The notes beneath the pieces were generated by a model. That model worked only from the letters and a program-made list of their open reading frames with translations, searched no databases and was not told where the DNA came from. Below, piece by piece: positions 39,347-48,751 of a DNA stretch of 64,000 nt. The stretch is from contig CAWGLY010000008.1 of the NCBI GenBank assembly GCA_963823505.1, positions 440,574 through 504,573 on the forward strand, given 5' to 3'. Position 1 is the first letter of the stretch. Each line of letters begins with the position of its first letter. This stretch comes from an uncultured Acidimicrobiia bacterium. Lineage in GTDB: Bacteria > Actinomycetota > Acidimicrobiia > Spongiisociales > UBA5794. Position numbers and translations under genes: made by a program.

Positions 39347-39385
39347 TCTCAGCCGATTCTCAGATTCAGCTCACGCATCTCTCAC
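39347..39385 (+). promoter_or_regulatory. Four 11-bp-phased TCTCAG-like boxes
   Basis: tctcag 39347, tctcag 39358, gctcac 39369, tctcac 39380. Confidence 0.7.
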
Positions 39386-39442
39386 CGGCCCGACTCAAGA
39401 TGAGGGCCGGAATGAACAGGTTGCGGGAAAAGGGGTCAACCG

Positions 39443-40045
39443 ATGGGAAAGCTACTTGCAGTGCTCGTTGGGATGACGATGCTGATCGGCGGCGCCGTTG
39501 CACTGGCGCTGATCACGGCGTCGGATACCGCGGTTGCAGAGGACGCCCCGGTTGCCACTGCGGCCACCACCGAATTTGGTGCCAGCGTCGATGACGCCGC
39601 AGAAGTCGATGATGAGGCCGTCGAAGAAGTGCAAGTCGATCGGGCTGACCGAGCCCGCCCCAGCCGCGGCGACGTCCTCGGTGGTGTTCTTGATGACCTC
39701 GTGGCCGACGGCACGATCACACAGGACCAGGCCGATCAGATTGCCGCAACGGTCGCCGAGCGCGCCACAGCACTACGTGAAGAGCTCCGGGCACAGCGCG
39801 GCGAGGGAGCGGCTGACTCCCGTGGGCTGCGTTTCCTCGGCGGAGCTGCCGATCTCCTCGATGATGGCGTGATCGACGCCGACGAACTGGCGTCGCTCGG
39901 TGTAGACCATCCGCTCAATGATCCCGAGGGCCCTGCTGCTCAGTATCTCGACGACGGGCAACTCACCGCGGACGAACTCACTGAGTTGGCTGCCGAACTG
40001 CGCGGCAACTTCGGAGACGGCTCCCGCACCGCCCCCGGCAACTGA
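39443..40045 (+). CDS. Secreted/anchored acidic protein
   Basis: Signal-like N-terminus; 'LDDLVADGTITQDQADQI' and EF-hand-like 'DDGVIDADEL', 'DDGQLTADEL'. Confidence 0.75.
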   Translation: MGKLLAVLVGMTMLIGGAVALALITASDTAVAEDAPVATAATTEFGASVDDAAEVDDEAVEEVQVDRADRARPSRGDVLGGVLDDLVADGTITQDQADQIAATVAERATALREELRAQRGEGAADSRGLRFLGGAADLLDDGVIDADELASLGVDHPLNDPEGPAAQYLDDGQLTADELTELAAELRGNFGDGSRTAPGN

Positions 40046-40150
40046 TCACGCCCGCGACCTCGTGGATCATCCTGTGCGGCTCGCCTTCTGCTTGGAGTAG
40101 CCCTCGGTCGGTGCGCACCCATGACGGCGGACCGATCCGTGATGCAGCTA

Positions 40151-41227
40151 CTACTCGAGTTCGTAATCGATCTGGAGTTCCTTCTTTCGGTAGGTGATGG
40201 CATCGATTCCGCGTGCCCCGAGCGACACGCCGTGCTGGATCAACAGCCATGCCGACGCGCTGCCGTTCGGGCTTCCGAGCAGGGCCCAGAAGTCTTCATC
40301 TCCCTCACGAACCGTAAACGCGCCGCCATCGAGCATCGCCTGGTCGCCTTGGTCGCACCAGAAGATCGTGTCGTTTGTCCGCTTGTTGATGATGGTCGTG
40401 CGGGCGATCCGCGCGAGGTTGCCCCGCTTGTCGGCCTTTTGCATGCCCGCTTCAGCAAGTGCCTGTTTGTACTGGAACCAGATGATCTCGGAGTTCTGCA
40501 GTGCAGGCGTCGGAACGTGCGTCTGGGCAGGCTGGCCGGCAATGAACGCGCCGCTTGGGCCCCATCGAGAGGGAACCCCGGGCCGGTCGGAGATGGTGCG
40601 ATTGCGATCGTCATCCCGCATGTTGTACCCCGCCTCGAACGTCCTTGTCGTCGGGTCGTAGTAGTTGGAGTAGTCCGCGGGATACGGGTCTCCGAAAGTG
40701 GCGTCGGTGGGTTTGCCCGCGCCACGACCAGTGGCGATTTTCACTCGCCGGTCCGCAAGCTGGGCCTTTCTCGTTCGATATTCGCCCGCGGCAATGCTCG
40801 CACCAGTGCCCTTGTCGTCCTGCCGTGTCTCGGCGACGACGGCAACCCTCCACATCTCATAGGCGTTCTTGATCTTCTCGCCGCTGGCGCGGCTTTGCTC
40901 GTAGTGCGTCTCGGTCTCCTGCAGATCGGCCCCGGTGCTTGTTTCCTGGAGGTATTGGCCGATACGCCCGGCGTTGGCGCGTTTGCGTTGCACACGCTCG
41001 GCGATGCGACTGAGTCGCCTGTTTCCTGCACCCGCATGCCGATCGGTGAACTCGAGCGGTACCGGGCGCGGGTTGGGCGAGCGGAGACGGGTGGGGCTCT
41101 CGCGCGGCCGTGGTTCGGCTTGCGACCTGTGTCTCACCCGACCCTCCTCGGTGCCGGCGTCTTGGGGCCCTCCTCGAATGTATGGGCCGAGTGCGTGTGG
41201 TTCAAGCTTGGCGAGCCGACTGCACAA
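40151..41227 (-). CDS. Orphan protein, possible toxin/effector; start uncertain
   Basis: 358-aa ORF with helical N-half and C-terminal 'SEIIWFQY...LARIARTTIIN..T...FWALLGSPNGSASAWLLIQHGVSLG'; ends with double TAG. Confidence 0.55.
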   Translation of the reverse strand: MCSRLAKLEPHALGPYIRGGPQDAGTEEGRVRHRSQAEPRPRESPTRLRSPNPRPVPLEFTDRHAGAGNRRLSRIAERVQRKRANAGRIGQYLQETSTGADLQETETHYEQSRASGEKIKNAYEMWRVAVVAETRQDDKGTGASIAAGEYRTRKAQLADRRVKIATGRGAGKPTDATFGDPYPADYSNYYDPTTRTFEAGYNMRDDDRNRTISDRPGVPSRWGPSGAFIAGQPAQTHVPTPALQNSEIIWFQYKQALAEAGMQKADKRGNLARIARTTIINKRTNDTIFWCDQGDQAMLDGGAFTVREGDEDFWALLGSPNGSASAWLLIQHGVSLGARGIDAITYRKKELQIDYELE

Positions 41228-41261
41228 TGGTCTGCCCTTTCAGGCACGACCCGGTGCTCGC

Positions 41262-42761
41262 TCACATACTCGACAGCGCGTGCATCGTGGGTCGTAGGAT
41301 TGCGTAGAGGTTGCGATAGAGGTCGTGCATCGTGTCGTATGTCGCCACGGCGGGGCCTGGGGTCGTCGTGTCGACTACCTCGACCCATTCTGCGGCAGCC
41401 TCGGCAGCGTCCGGGCGGATCCCTGCGCCTACCGCGGCCAGGATGGCGGCTCCGTAGGCTGCCCCTTCTGTGGTGTTGACGGTCGCCACGTCGGCGGCCA
41501 GCACGTCCGCCACGATCTGGCGCCACACCGGGCTCTGGGCACCGCCTCCACTGATGCGGATCTGGGTCGGGCGGGGCACTCCCGCGTTTTCCATGACGTC
41601 GACGACGTCGCGAAGGCTGAACGCCACGCCTTCCATGACGGCGCGAACCAGATGTGCCAAGCGATGTCGGACCGTGAGACCCACGAATGCACCTCGCGCC
41701 AGCGGGTCCGGGTGCGGCGTGCGTTCCCCCGACAGGTAGGGGAGGAACAACAGGCCGTCGCTGCCCGCGGGGACACCGGCAGCACCCACCGAGAGCTCGG
41801 CGAAGCCCGTATCGGGGGCGGCGGTCTCCCTGAGCCAGGCGAGGGAGCCGGCTGCAGCGAGGGTGACACCCATCAGATGCCACCGTCCCGGCACCGCATG
41901 CGGGAACGCGTGCACCGCCCCTGCGGCGTCGATGGCGGGGCGGTCGGTCGCCGCAAACACCACCCCTGACGTGCCCAGCGACGCGGTGACGACACCGGGT
42001 TCGACGGCGCCGGTCCCGACCGCATTGGCGGCCTGGTCGCCTCCACCGGCGACCACCGGGGTCCCGGCCGTCAGACCGGTGAGGGCGGCTGCCGCCTCGG
42101 TGACGCGGCCTGTGATGGCGGGCCCTTCGAACGTGGGCGGCAGCCATTCGGGCGGGATGTCCAGCAACTCGAGGATCTCCGGCGACCAGGTACGGGCCGC
42201 AAGGTCAAACAGGATCGTGCCGCCACCCCCGGCTTTGTCCATCGCATATTCATCGGTGAGCCGCAGCCGGACGTAGTCCTTCGGCAACAACACGTGGGCA
42301 ACCCGCGCAAGGACCTCAGGCTCGTGGTTGGCAACCCACAGGATCTTCGGAGCGGTGAACCCGGTGAGGGCATCGTTACCGGTGATGGAGATCAACCGCT
42401 CGCGGCCGACACGCTCGCGAATCTCGTCGCATTCCGCGCCCGTGCGCTGGTCGTTCCACAGGATGGCTTGGCGGAGGGGCATGCCGGATTCATCGAGGAG
42501 CACCAGGCCGTGCATTTGTCCGGTGAGCCCAACAGCGACGACCTCGGGACCGGTCACCCCGCTGCCGGTGAGCACCTCCCGAATCGCTTGCTGGGTGGCG
42601 GTCCACCACAGGTCCGGGTCTTGCTCGCTCCACAGCGGGTGCGGCGCCTCGGCGTCGTATGTGGAGCTGGCGACGCCCACAACCGTGCCGTCGTCGCGAA
42701 CGAGCACCGCCTTGGTTGCCGTTGTCGAGCTGTCGATGCCAATGACGTAAGCAGTGGTCAT
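41262..42761 (-). CDS. xylB: Xylulokinase
   Basis: 'IGIDSSTTATK', 'GLTGQMHG', 'AILWNDQR', 'GGGDQAANAVG', 'LPYLSGERTP', 'SGGGAQS'. Confidence 0.93.
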   Translation of the reverse strand: MTTAYVIGIDSSTTATKAVLVRDDGTVVGVASSTYDAEAPHPLWSEQDPDLWWTATQQAIREVLTGSGVTGPEVVAVGLTGQMHGLVLLDESGMPLRQAILWNDQRTGAECDEIRERVGRERLISITGNDALTGFTAPKILWVANHEPEVLARVAHVLLPKDYVRLRLTDEYAMDKAGGGGTILFDLAARTWSPEILELLDIPPEWLPPTFEGPAITGRVTEAAAALTGLTAGTPVVAGGGDQAANAVGTGAVEPGVVTASLGTSGVVFAATDRPAIDAAGAVHAFPHAVPGRWHLMGVTLAAAGSLAWLRETAAPDTGFAELSVGAAGVPAGSDGLLFLPYLSGERTPHPDPLARGAFVGLTVRHRLAHLVRAVMEGVAFSLRDVVDVMENAGVPRPTQIRISGGGAQSPVWRQIVADVLAADVATVNTTEGAAYGAAILAAVGAGIRPDAAEAAAEWVEVVDTTTPGPAVATYDTMHDLYRNLYAILRPTMHALSSM

Positions 42762-43639
42762 TTCTCCTCCAAAGGCGACGACTCCAAAAGGGATGAGGGA
42801 GCGTCGAGGTTGAGGTCGCCTGCGATCACCGCGAGGGGAATGTCGGCCGGGACCGAGTGGATCTCCCAGACCTCACGGTGCCGGACGATTGCTCCCGGCG
42901 CAAGGTGAGCCAGGGCGCCAAGCGTCTCCAACTCCAGGAATGCGTCGTTGCAGTAGCACTGACCGGAGGCTCCCAGATCGGTGAGGATGGCGCCGGCTGG
43001 GTGTACGGCGCGCTTGACGAAGAGTTGGTCGGCGAGGCGATAGGCCAGCCAGCCGCGACGAAGTGCGGTGCCGATCTTCAGCGGGTCGGAGCGGGTTGCG
43101 ACAACCTCGATGTGCCTATCGGCGATCGATAGCAGCGGGTCATCCCAGCGTGTGTACGGCCACACGACGAGCGAGCGATCCGGCTGAAACTCATCGGAAT
43201 CGCGGCTGCCCAGCGGGATCATCGCCACACCCCCGACTGCGAGCTGCGTGATGGCCCATGGTGCGGCTTCGTGGACGGCGCCGCTGGTGTTGCGCAACAG
43301 GTGATCGACGATCACGCCGTCCTCGACAACCTGCAACATGATCGATTTCTCCCACCCGGCGGTGTCTGCAGGTGCCACGATCTGCGCGGTGCCTGCGACG
43401 TCATCGACGTCGATCGAGACCGGGTCATCGTCGGCGGCGTACGTCACGGCAGGCACTTCGGGGGCAACCCACAGCCGGTGACCGCCATAGAAGTTGAAGG
43501 CCGGCCCGCCGTCCACCACAAGGGTCAGCGCCGGTAGCGAAGCGAAGAGCTGGAGCCCGTCGACCTTGCGGAAGCCCAGGATGCGAGGGCCGGCCGACAG
43601 CGCCACCACCAACTCAAAGCCGTTGTGGACGATCTGCAT
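42758..43639 (-). CDS. DUF4380-like protein (possible aldose-epimerase fold)
   Basis: 'GPRIL', 'YGGHRLWVAPE', 'APWAITQ', 'ELETLG'; overlaps xylB start. Confidence 0.65.
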   Translation of the reverse strand: MQIVHNGFELVVALSAGPRILGFRKVDGLQLFASLPALTLVVDGGPAFNFYGGHRLWVAPEVPAVTYAADDDPVSIDVDDVAGTAQIVAPADTAGWEKSIMLQVVEDGVIVDHLLRNTSGAVHEAAPWAITQLAVGGVAMIPLGSRDSDEFQPDRSLVVWPYTRWDDPLLSIADRHIEVVATRSDPLKIGTALRRGWLAYRLADQLFVKRAVHPAGAILTDLGASGQCYCNDAFLELETLGALAHLAPGAIVRHREVWEIHSVPADIPLAVIAGDLNLDAPSSLLESSPLEEK

Positions 43640-43765
43640 GGCGTCGACGCCGTTGTGGGTGATCGGACGGTGCTGCACGGGCGGTGGCGCTCCAGAGGGC
43701 TCGTGGCGACGATAGAGCGGGAGGCCCCGAGGCGGCGAGCCGGTGGTTGGGATACCGTGCGTCCG

Positions 43766-44974
43766 ATGGAGATGCGCACCGCGATGGAAGAGGCGTTCTG
43801 TGCCGGAGTGCGCGCCATCGATCCGCGGCGGGCGACCGCAGCGGCGGCTCGTGCGCTGGCGCTCGATCGACGACCGGTGACGGTGCTGGCGCTCGGCAAA
43901 GCTGCGGTGGGCATGGCATGGGGCCTCGCCGATACCGTCACCGGCCCACTGACGGGAGTTGTGGTGGCGCCAGAAGCGAGTGAAGTCCCGCATGGTCTGA
44001 GCCTGGTGGTGGGTGAGCACCCGATCCCTGGCCCAGGAAGCATCGCCGCCGGGGCGGCACTGCTTGATGCGGCGTCCGCCGCACCGAAGGGTGGAATCGT
44101 CGTCGCCCTCATCTCAGGGGGTGGGTCGGCGCTGGCCGAAGTACCCCGCGCCGGGGTCACTCTCGAGGATCTGCAGTCGACCACGGATCTCCTGTTGCGG
44201 TCGGGTGCGCCGATCGGCGACCTCAATGCCGTGCGCGTCGCGTTGTCGCAGCTCAAAGGTGGCGGTCTCGCCGCGGCAACGCCCGGTCCGGTCGTGACGT
44301 TCGCCATTTCGGACGTGGTGGGTGATGTCCCGGCCATCATCGCCTCAGGCCCGACGGTTGCGGAACGACTCGACCCCGCACCCGAGGTGCTCACGCGCTG
44401 GGGCGTGTCGGACCTGGTACCGCGTTCTGTGCTCCAGGCGGTCGAGGGGCCCGACGATACGCCCCGCCGGTCGGGATCGACGTTCGCCGTGGTTGCATCG
44501 CGCCGGCAAGCCGCTGCGGCCGCAGCAACCTCTCTCACCGAGCGCGGGATCGACGCGGAGGTCCTTGACACCGAGGTCACCGGAGAAGCGGCGGCGGTGG
44601 CTCGCCGGCTTGTCGCCATGCAGAGACCGGCCGGGGTCAGGGTGTATGCGGGGGAGACCACTGTGACGGTTACAGGGACAGGCAGGGGTGGCAGGAACCA
44701 CGAAGCTGCGCTGGCCGCCGCCATCGCCCTCGAGGGCGACAGCCATGTCGTGTTCCTGGCAGCCGGTACCGACGGTGTCGACGGTATGGCGAACGGAGCC
44801 GGTGCGATCGTCGACGGCACGACGGCGGCAGCCGCACGAGGGGTGGGGCTCGATCCCTCCGACTATCTGGCGCGCAACGACTCTGGAAGGTTCTTCGACA
44901 TCGTGCCCGGCCGAATCGTGACCGGGCCCACCGGAACCAACGTCGGCGATCTGTGGATGGTGGGAAGGGTCTGA
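43766..44974 (+). CDS. Glycerate 2-kinase (DUF4147 + MOFRL)
   Basis: 'LALGKAA', 'HPIPG', 'LISGGGSAL', 'SDVVGD', 'SGPT', 'GETTV', 'GRGGRN', 'GTDGVDG', 'TGPTGTNVGD'. Confidence 0.93.
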   Translation: MEMRTAMEEAFCAGVRAIDPRRATAAAARALALDRRPVTVLALGKAAVGMAWGLADTVTGPLTGVVVAPEASEVPHGLSLVVGEHPIPGPGSIAAGAALLDAASAAPKGGIVVALISGGGSALAEVPRAGVTLEDLQSTTDLLLRSGAPIGDLNAVRVALSQLKGGGLAAATPGPVVTFAISDVVGDVPAIIASGPTVAERLDPAPEVLTRWGVSDLVPRSVLQAVEGPDDTPRRSGSTFAVVASRRQAAAAAATSLTERGIDAEVLDTEVTGEAAAVARRLVAMQRPAGVRVYAGETTVTVTGTGRGGRNHEAALAAAIALEGDSHVVFLAAGTDGVDGMANGAGAIVDGTTAAAARGVGLDPSDYLARNDSGRFFDIVPGRIVTGPTGTNVGDLWMVGRV

Positions 44975-44983
44975 GCACCATGC

Positions 44984-46177
44984 TCAGAGCTTGGCGGCCG
45001 CCATCCCTGCGATGTGCTCACCTATCGCCAGCGAGGCGGTTGCTGCGGGCGAAGGAGCGTTCAGCACGTGGACGGCGTGGGGTGTCTCCACGATCGCAAA
45101 ATCGTGAAGGAGCGAGCCGTCGGGGCGAATCGCCTGCGCTCGTATACCCGACCGGTAGGCGCCGAGGTCGTTCTTGCCGAGCGCAGGGATGAGCCGATTG
45201 GCGTCCTTGACGAATGCGCCCTTTGCGGCGGACCGCCACATCTCGGCTGCTCCAGTCTTCCAGTACTCCTTGGCCAGCTTGTGCAGACCGCGATAGCGCA
45301 GGGACTCGCCGAGGTCGTGGAGGTTCATGTCGGATCGGCGATATCCCTCCCGAGCCATCGCCAGCACGGCGTTGGGCCCCACCTCGACTCGGTCGTTCAC
45401 ATCCCGGGTGAAGTGCACACCGAGAAACGGGAATCGGGGGTCGGGGACCGGGTACACCAAGCCCCTCACGAGGTCGGAGCGGTCGGGGATCACCTCGAAG
45501 TACTCGCCGCGGAACGGCACGATGCGCAGCTCAGGGTCCAGACCCATCATCCGGGCGACCCGATCGACCTGCAGTCCTGCGCAGTTGACGACGACCCCGG
45601 CATCCAGCCAGCCCGCCGGAGACTCGATGCGATGCCGATCGTCGCGAACCCCGATGTGGGTCACCTCGAAGCCGGTGCGAACGTCGGCGCCGGCATCGGT
45701 CGCCAGCTGGGCGTAGGCGGCAGCGACGACCGAGAAGTCAACCACGGAGGTCTCCGGGACCCAGAGTCCCGCGACTCCCGCCACGTTCGGCTCCTTGGCG
45801 GCGATGCCGTCGGGGGAGAGGCGTTGGGTCGGGACGCCGTTGGCCGATGCTCGTCGCTCCAGTTCGGCCAGTGCATCGAGCTGGTCTTCGTCGGAAGCGA
45901 CGACGACCTTGCCGCAGCGCTTCAGGGGGATGCCGTAGCCCTGACAGAAGTCGACCAGCCGCCGCCCGCCTTGGACGCACAGCCGGGCCTTCAAGGACCC
46001 AGGTGTGTAGTAGAGCCCTGCGTGGATGACGCCGCTGTTGCGGCTGGTCTGGTGCGAGCCGAGGGCGGTCTCCTTCTCCAGCACCACCACAGAGCCGTCG
46101 GGGTGATCCCGGGTCAGGGCCAACGCCGTGGCGAGCCCCACGATGCCGCCGCCGATGATCGCGATGTCGTACTGCAT
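44984..46177 (-). CDS. lhgO: L-2-hydroxyglutarate oxidase
   Basis: 'IIGGGIVG', 'HQTSRNSGVIHAGLYY', 'PFRGEY', 'FPFLGVHFT', 'LNAPSPAATASL'. Confidence 0.92.
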   Translation of the reverse strand: MQYDIAIIGGGIVGLATALALTRDHPDGSVVVLEKETALGSHQTSRNSGVIHAGLYYTPGSLKARLCVQGGRRLVDFCQGYGIPLKRCGKVVVASDEDQLDALAELERRASANGVPTQRLSPDGIAAKEPNVAGVAGLWVPETSVVDFSVVAAAYAQLATDAGADVRTGFEVTHIGVRDDRHRIESPAGWLDAGVVVNCAGLQVDRVARMMGLDPELRIVPFRGEYFEVIPDRSDLVRGLVYPVPDPRFPFLGVHFTRDVNDRVEVGPNAVLAMAREGYRRSDMNLHDLGESLRYRGLHKLAKEYWKTGAAEMWRSAAKGAFVKDANRLIPALGKNDLGAYRSGIRAQAIRPDGSLLHDFAIVETPHAVHVLNAPSPAATASLAIGEHIAGMAAAKL

Positions 46178-46273
46178 CAGCCCATGATCGCCGTTCAGAA
46201 CGCCGTCGCGATCGTCGCTTTCAGATCGAGGTGCTCGGCGAGGCCGTGTGGTTCGGCTTTCAGGACGTGGCGG

Positions 46274-46963
46274 CTACTTGTTGGGCCCTCGGCCGTTGCC
46301 GTTGTTGCTGCCGCTCTTCTTGGGCTTCTTGTCCTTGTCGTTGTTGGCGTGGTCGGGCGGACCGTGGTCGCCGTCGTCGTCCCCGTCGAGGTCATCTGAG
46401 TTCTCGTTGTCCCCGTCGAGATCGTCGGACATGACGTCATCGTCCTCTTCACCATCGACATCGCCGACCCGGATGTGCTGGTCACCCTTGCCGAGGTCGG
46501 ATCCCGCCATCTGCTTGATCAGCTGGCCGAAGGGCACGCCGAGTTCTGACTTGTCGAAGGCTGTCTTCAATGCGTGCACGAAATTCGAGACGACCTGGCC
46601 GTGGTTCACCTGTCCGTTGGGTCCCGTGACGTCCACGAAGGTGCAGCGCTCCGGGGCCTCCCACGCTCCGTCGGAGGCAGTGACGACGAGATCGCCGGTA
46701 TCGGGATCGATGCTGGATCCGAGCGTCACACCATCTGGAGCCGCACAATCGATGGGCTCGGGGATGTCGGCGGCGCGGAGCGCAAACGCCAGCAATCGCG
46801 ACATCTCGTTGTAATCAAAATCGACGAAGACCTCTTGGCGCGTCTCCTCGAGAGCGCCGTCATCGCTGTCAGCATCGTCGAATGCAAGCGCTGCAGTCGG
46901 GACCACCGCCGTGGCGACGGCAACCAGCACTATGAGGGCGCGTCTACTGATGCGAACACCCAT
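46274..46963 (-). CDS. Secreted hypothetical protein with acidic / Lys-Asn-rich low-complexity tail
   Basis: Signal peptide 'MGVRISRRALIVLVAV...ALA'; 'NHGQVVSNFV'; D-rich and 'GPPDHANNDKDKK' tail. Confidence 0.65.
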   Translation of the reverse strand: MGVRISRRALIVLVAVATAVVPTAALAFDDADSDDGALEETRQEVFVDFDYNEMSRLLAFALRAADIPEPIDCAAPDGVTLGSSIDPDTGDLVVTASDGAWEAPERCTFVDVTGPNGQVNHGQVVSNFVHALKTAFDKSELGVPFGQLIKQMAGSDLGKGDQHIRVGDVDGEEDDDVMSDDLDGDNENSDDLDGDDDGDHGPPDHANNDKDKKPKKSGSNNGNGRGPNK

Positions 46964-47077
46964 GTCGATACCACTCCCCTTGTGAGCTCGTTGTGCGAGG
47001 CTAGCGCGGAACGAAGATCGCGCCACCGGGCGGGAGACCCATGGTCGGTCGAGTACGACGACGGGATGTGTAGGTGA

Positions 47078-47509
47078 TCATTCGGCGACGCCGAGCTCGC
47101 CGACCATGCGTGATGGTTTGATGCGAACGACCAGCTCGCCGGGGACGGCGTTCCGCCGCCCGAAGGAAGCGGCCAGGTCGTCGCCGACGTACCGGCGGCA
47201 GGTCTCCGTTGCCCAGTGCAGCAATTGATCGGGGTCTTCGTCGAAGGCGACGGTGCCGTCGATCCGTGCCCAGGCAAAGGGCATCGCCTCATCGTCGACG
47301 AGGAGTGATACCCGAGGGTCACGACGCATGTTGCGGGCTTTGAGCGAGCCCCCATCAGTCAGGAAGACCACGTCTCCGTCGGCGTCGAACGCAAACCAGA
47401 TCGGCACCACATGTGGGGAACCGTCGGCCCGCACCGTTGCGAGTTTCCCCGTTCGCGACCCGGTGCCCATGAAGGCGCGGATGTCGGCGGCGTCCATCTT
47501 GCGGCCCAT
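47078..47509 (-). CDS. PPOX-class F420-dependent oxidoreductase
   Basis: 'GKLATVRADGSPHVVPIWF', 'KARNMRRDPRVSLLVDD'; TGATG coupling to upstream GNAT. Confidence 0.9.
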   Translation of the reverse strand: MGRKMDAADIRAFMGTGSRTGKLATVRADGSPHVVPIWFAFDADGDVVFLTDGGSLKARNMRRDPRVSLLVDDEAMPFAWARIDGTVAFDEDPDQLLHWATETCRRYVGDDLAASFGRRNAVPGELVVRIKPSRMVGELGVAE

Positions 47510-48693
47510 CAGGGAAACACCCACGTCTGGATGTCCGCGGTGACCGGCGGGAAGAGGACCTCGATCAGGTCGCGCTGCTCACCGAGCAGGACGTCGCCGT
47601 GGAGCCCCGCCAGCGCAGATCCGCCGTGGGGGCCGAGCACCAGATCGGGGAACAGGTCCTGGGGCACTCCCGAAGCACCCGCACTCACCGGGTAGGGCAC
47701 AGCCCCGCCATCCTCGAACTCCGACGGGAGCCCGTTCTCGAACCCGCAGGTGACCGAGTTGCGGTATTGGGAAAGCGTCAGTCTGCCGGAGAAGCCGGCC
47801 AGCGACGAGCGGGCGAGTCGCGCCGCCAATTCCGGGCGGATACCATCGAGGAACGCCCGGATGCTGTCGATCCGCACGTAGTACCACCCGAGTTCGTCGT
47901 TGGGTGCTCCGATGGCGCTGAGCATCGATGTCAGCAGTGACGCTGGGCGGTGCATGACCGTCACTTCGGGCTGCGTCGCTCTGGCATGTGCGATGAGGGC
48001 ATGGAGCGCGCCCCTGGTCGGCGCCACGACGTCTCCGAGGTAGGCGGTATCGCCATCGTCGTAGATGCGGCCGACGGCGACCTGTCCCTTGTGGGTCCCG
48101 GTGACGACCTCGTAGTTGGGCGAGTCGATGAGCCATTGCCACAGTTGGGTGCTGTGGGTGAGGGCGACTGCCGCCTCATCTTGGATCGTGCGTTGTGCTG
48201 CCTCGATGGTCGGGATGTCGGTGCTGGATGCACTACGCATGTCCCACCCCGCCACCAGGCTGAGGGCGAAGTCGGCGGGAACCTCCTGGTAGGGCGGCTG
48301 CCGCACTGCATAGCTGTAGCCGAACTGCCGGTAGAAGTTGGGGATGCCGACGATGAACTGGGCCAGATGGCCTGCGGCTCCGCTCCGCCGGTGGGCCTCC
48401 GCCATCTGAGCGGCGATGAGGCCACGGCCCCGTGCCGCCTCTGATGTGGCTACGAACTCGATCTGACCCGCAGGGAGGATCGCCTCGCCGATGCGGAGGT
48501 CGCCGTCGAAGAGCGCAAGCGTCGACTCCACCTTGCCGTCGGCGACGCCGACCAGCCATCGATCCCCGTCGAAACGGTCGTCTTCGAGGACGAGGCGTGC
48601 CTCGGCGGCGTCCTCGGGGTCCAGCGCCTCGCCGATGATGTCGCAGATCCGATCGATGTCGTCGGCGTGGGCGCTGCGGACTTCTGTGGACAT
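47509..48693 (-). CDS. GNAT-family acetyltransferase (Eis-like size)
   Basis: 'GQIEFVAT...ARGRGLI...M', 'GIPNFYRQFGY'; tandem GNAT-like organisation. Confidence 0.8.
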   Translation of the reverse strand: MSTEVRSAHADDIDRICDIIGEALDPEDAAEARLVLEDDRFDGDRWLVGVADGKVESTLALFDGDLRIGEAILPAGQIEFVATSEAARGRGLIAAQMAEAHRRSGAAGHLAQFIVGIPNFYRQFGYSYAVRQPPYQEVPADFALSLVAGWDMRSASSTDIPTIEAAQRTIQDEAAVALTHSTQLWQWLIDSPNYEVVTGTHKGQVAVGRIYDDGDTAYLGDVVAPTRGALHALIAHARATQPEVTVMHRPASLLTSMLSAIGAPNDELGWYYVRIDSIRAFLDGIRPELAARLARSSLAGFSGRLTLSQYRNSVTCGFENGLPSEFEDGGAVPYPVSAGASGVPQDLFPDLVLGPHGGSALAGLHGDVLLGEQRDLIEVLFPPVTADIQTWVFP

Positions 48694-48751
48694 GGCAGGG
48701 AAGGCTACCTGCACCGTGGTTGGGCCCGGCCGCCGCGGTGGGGAAGGGCCG

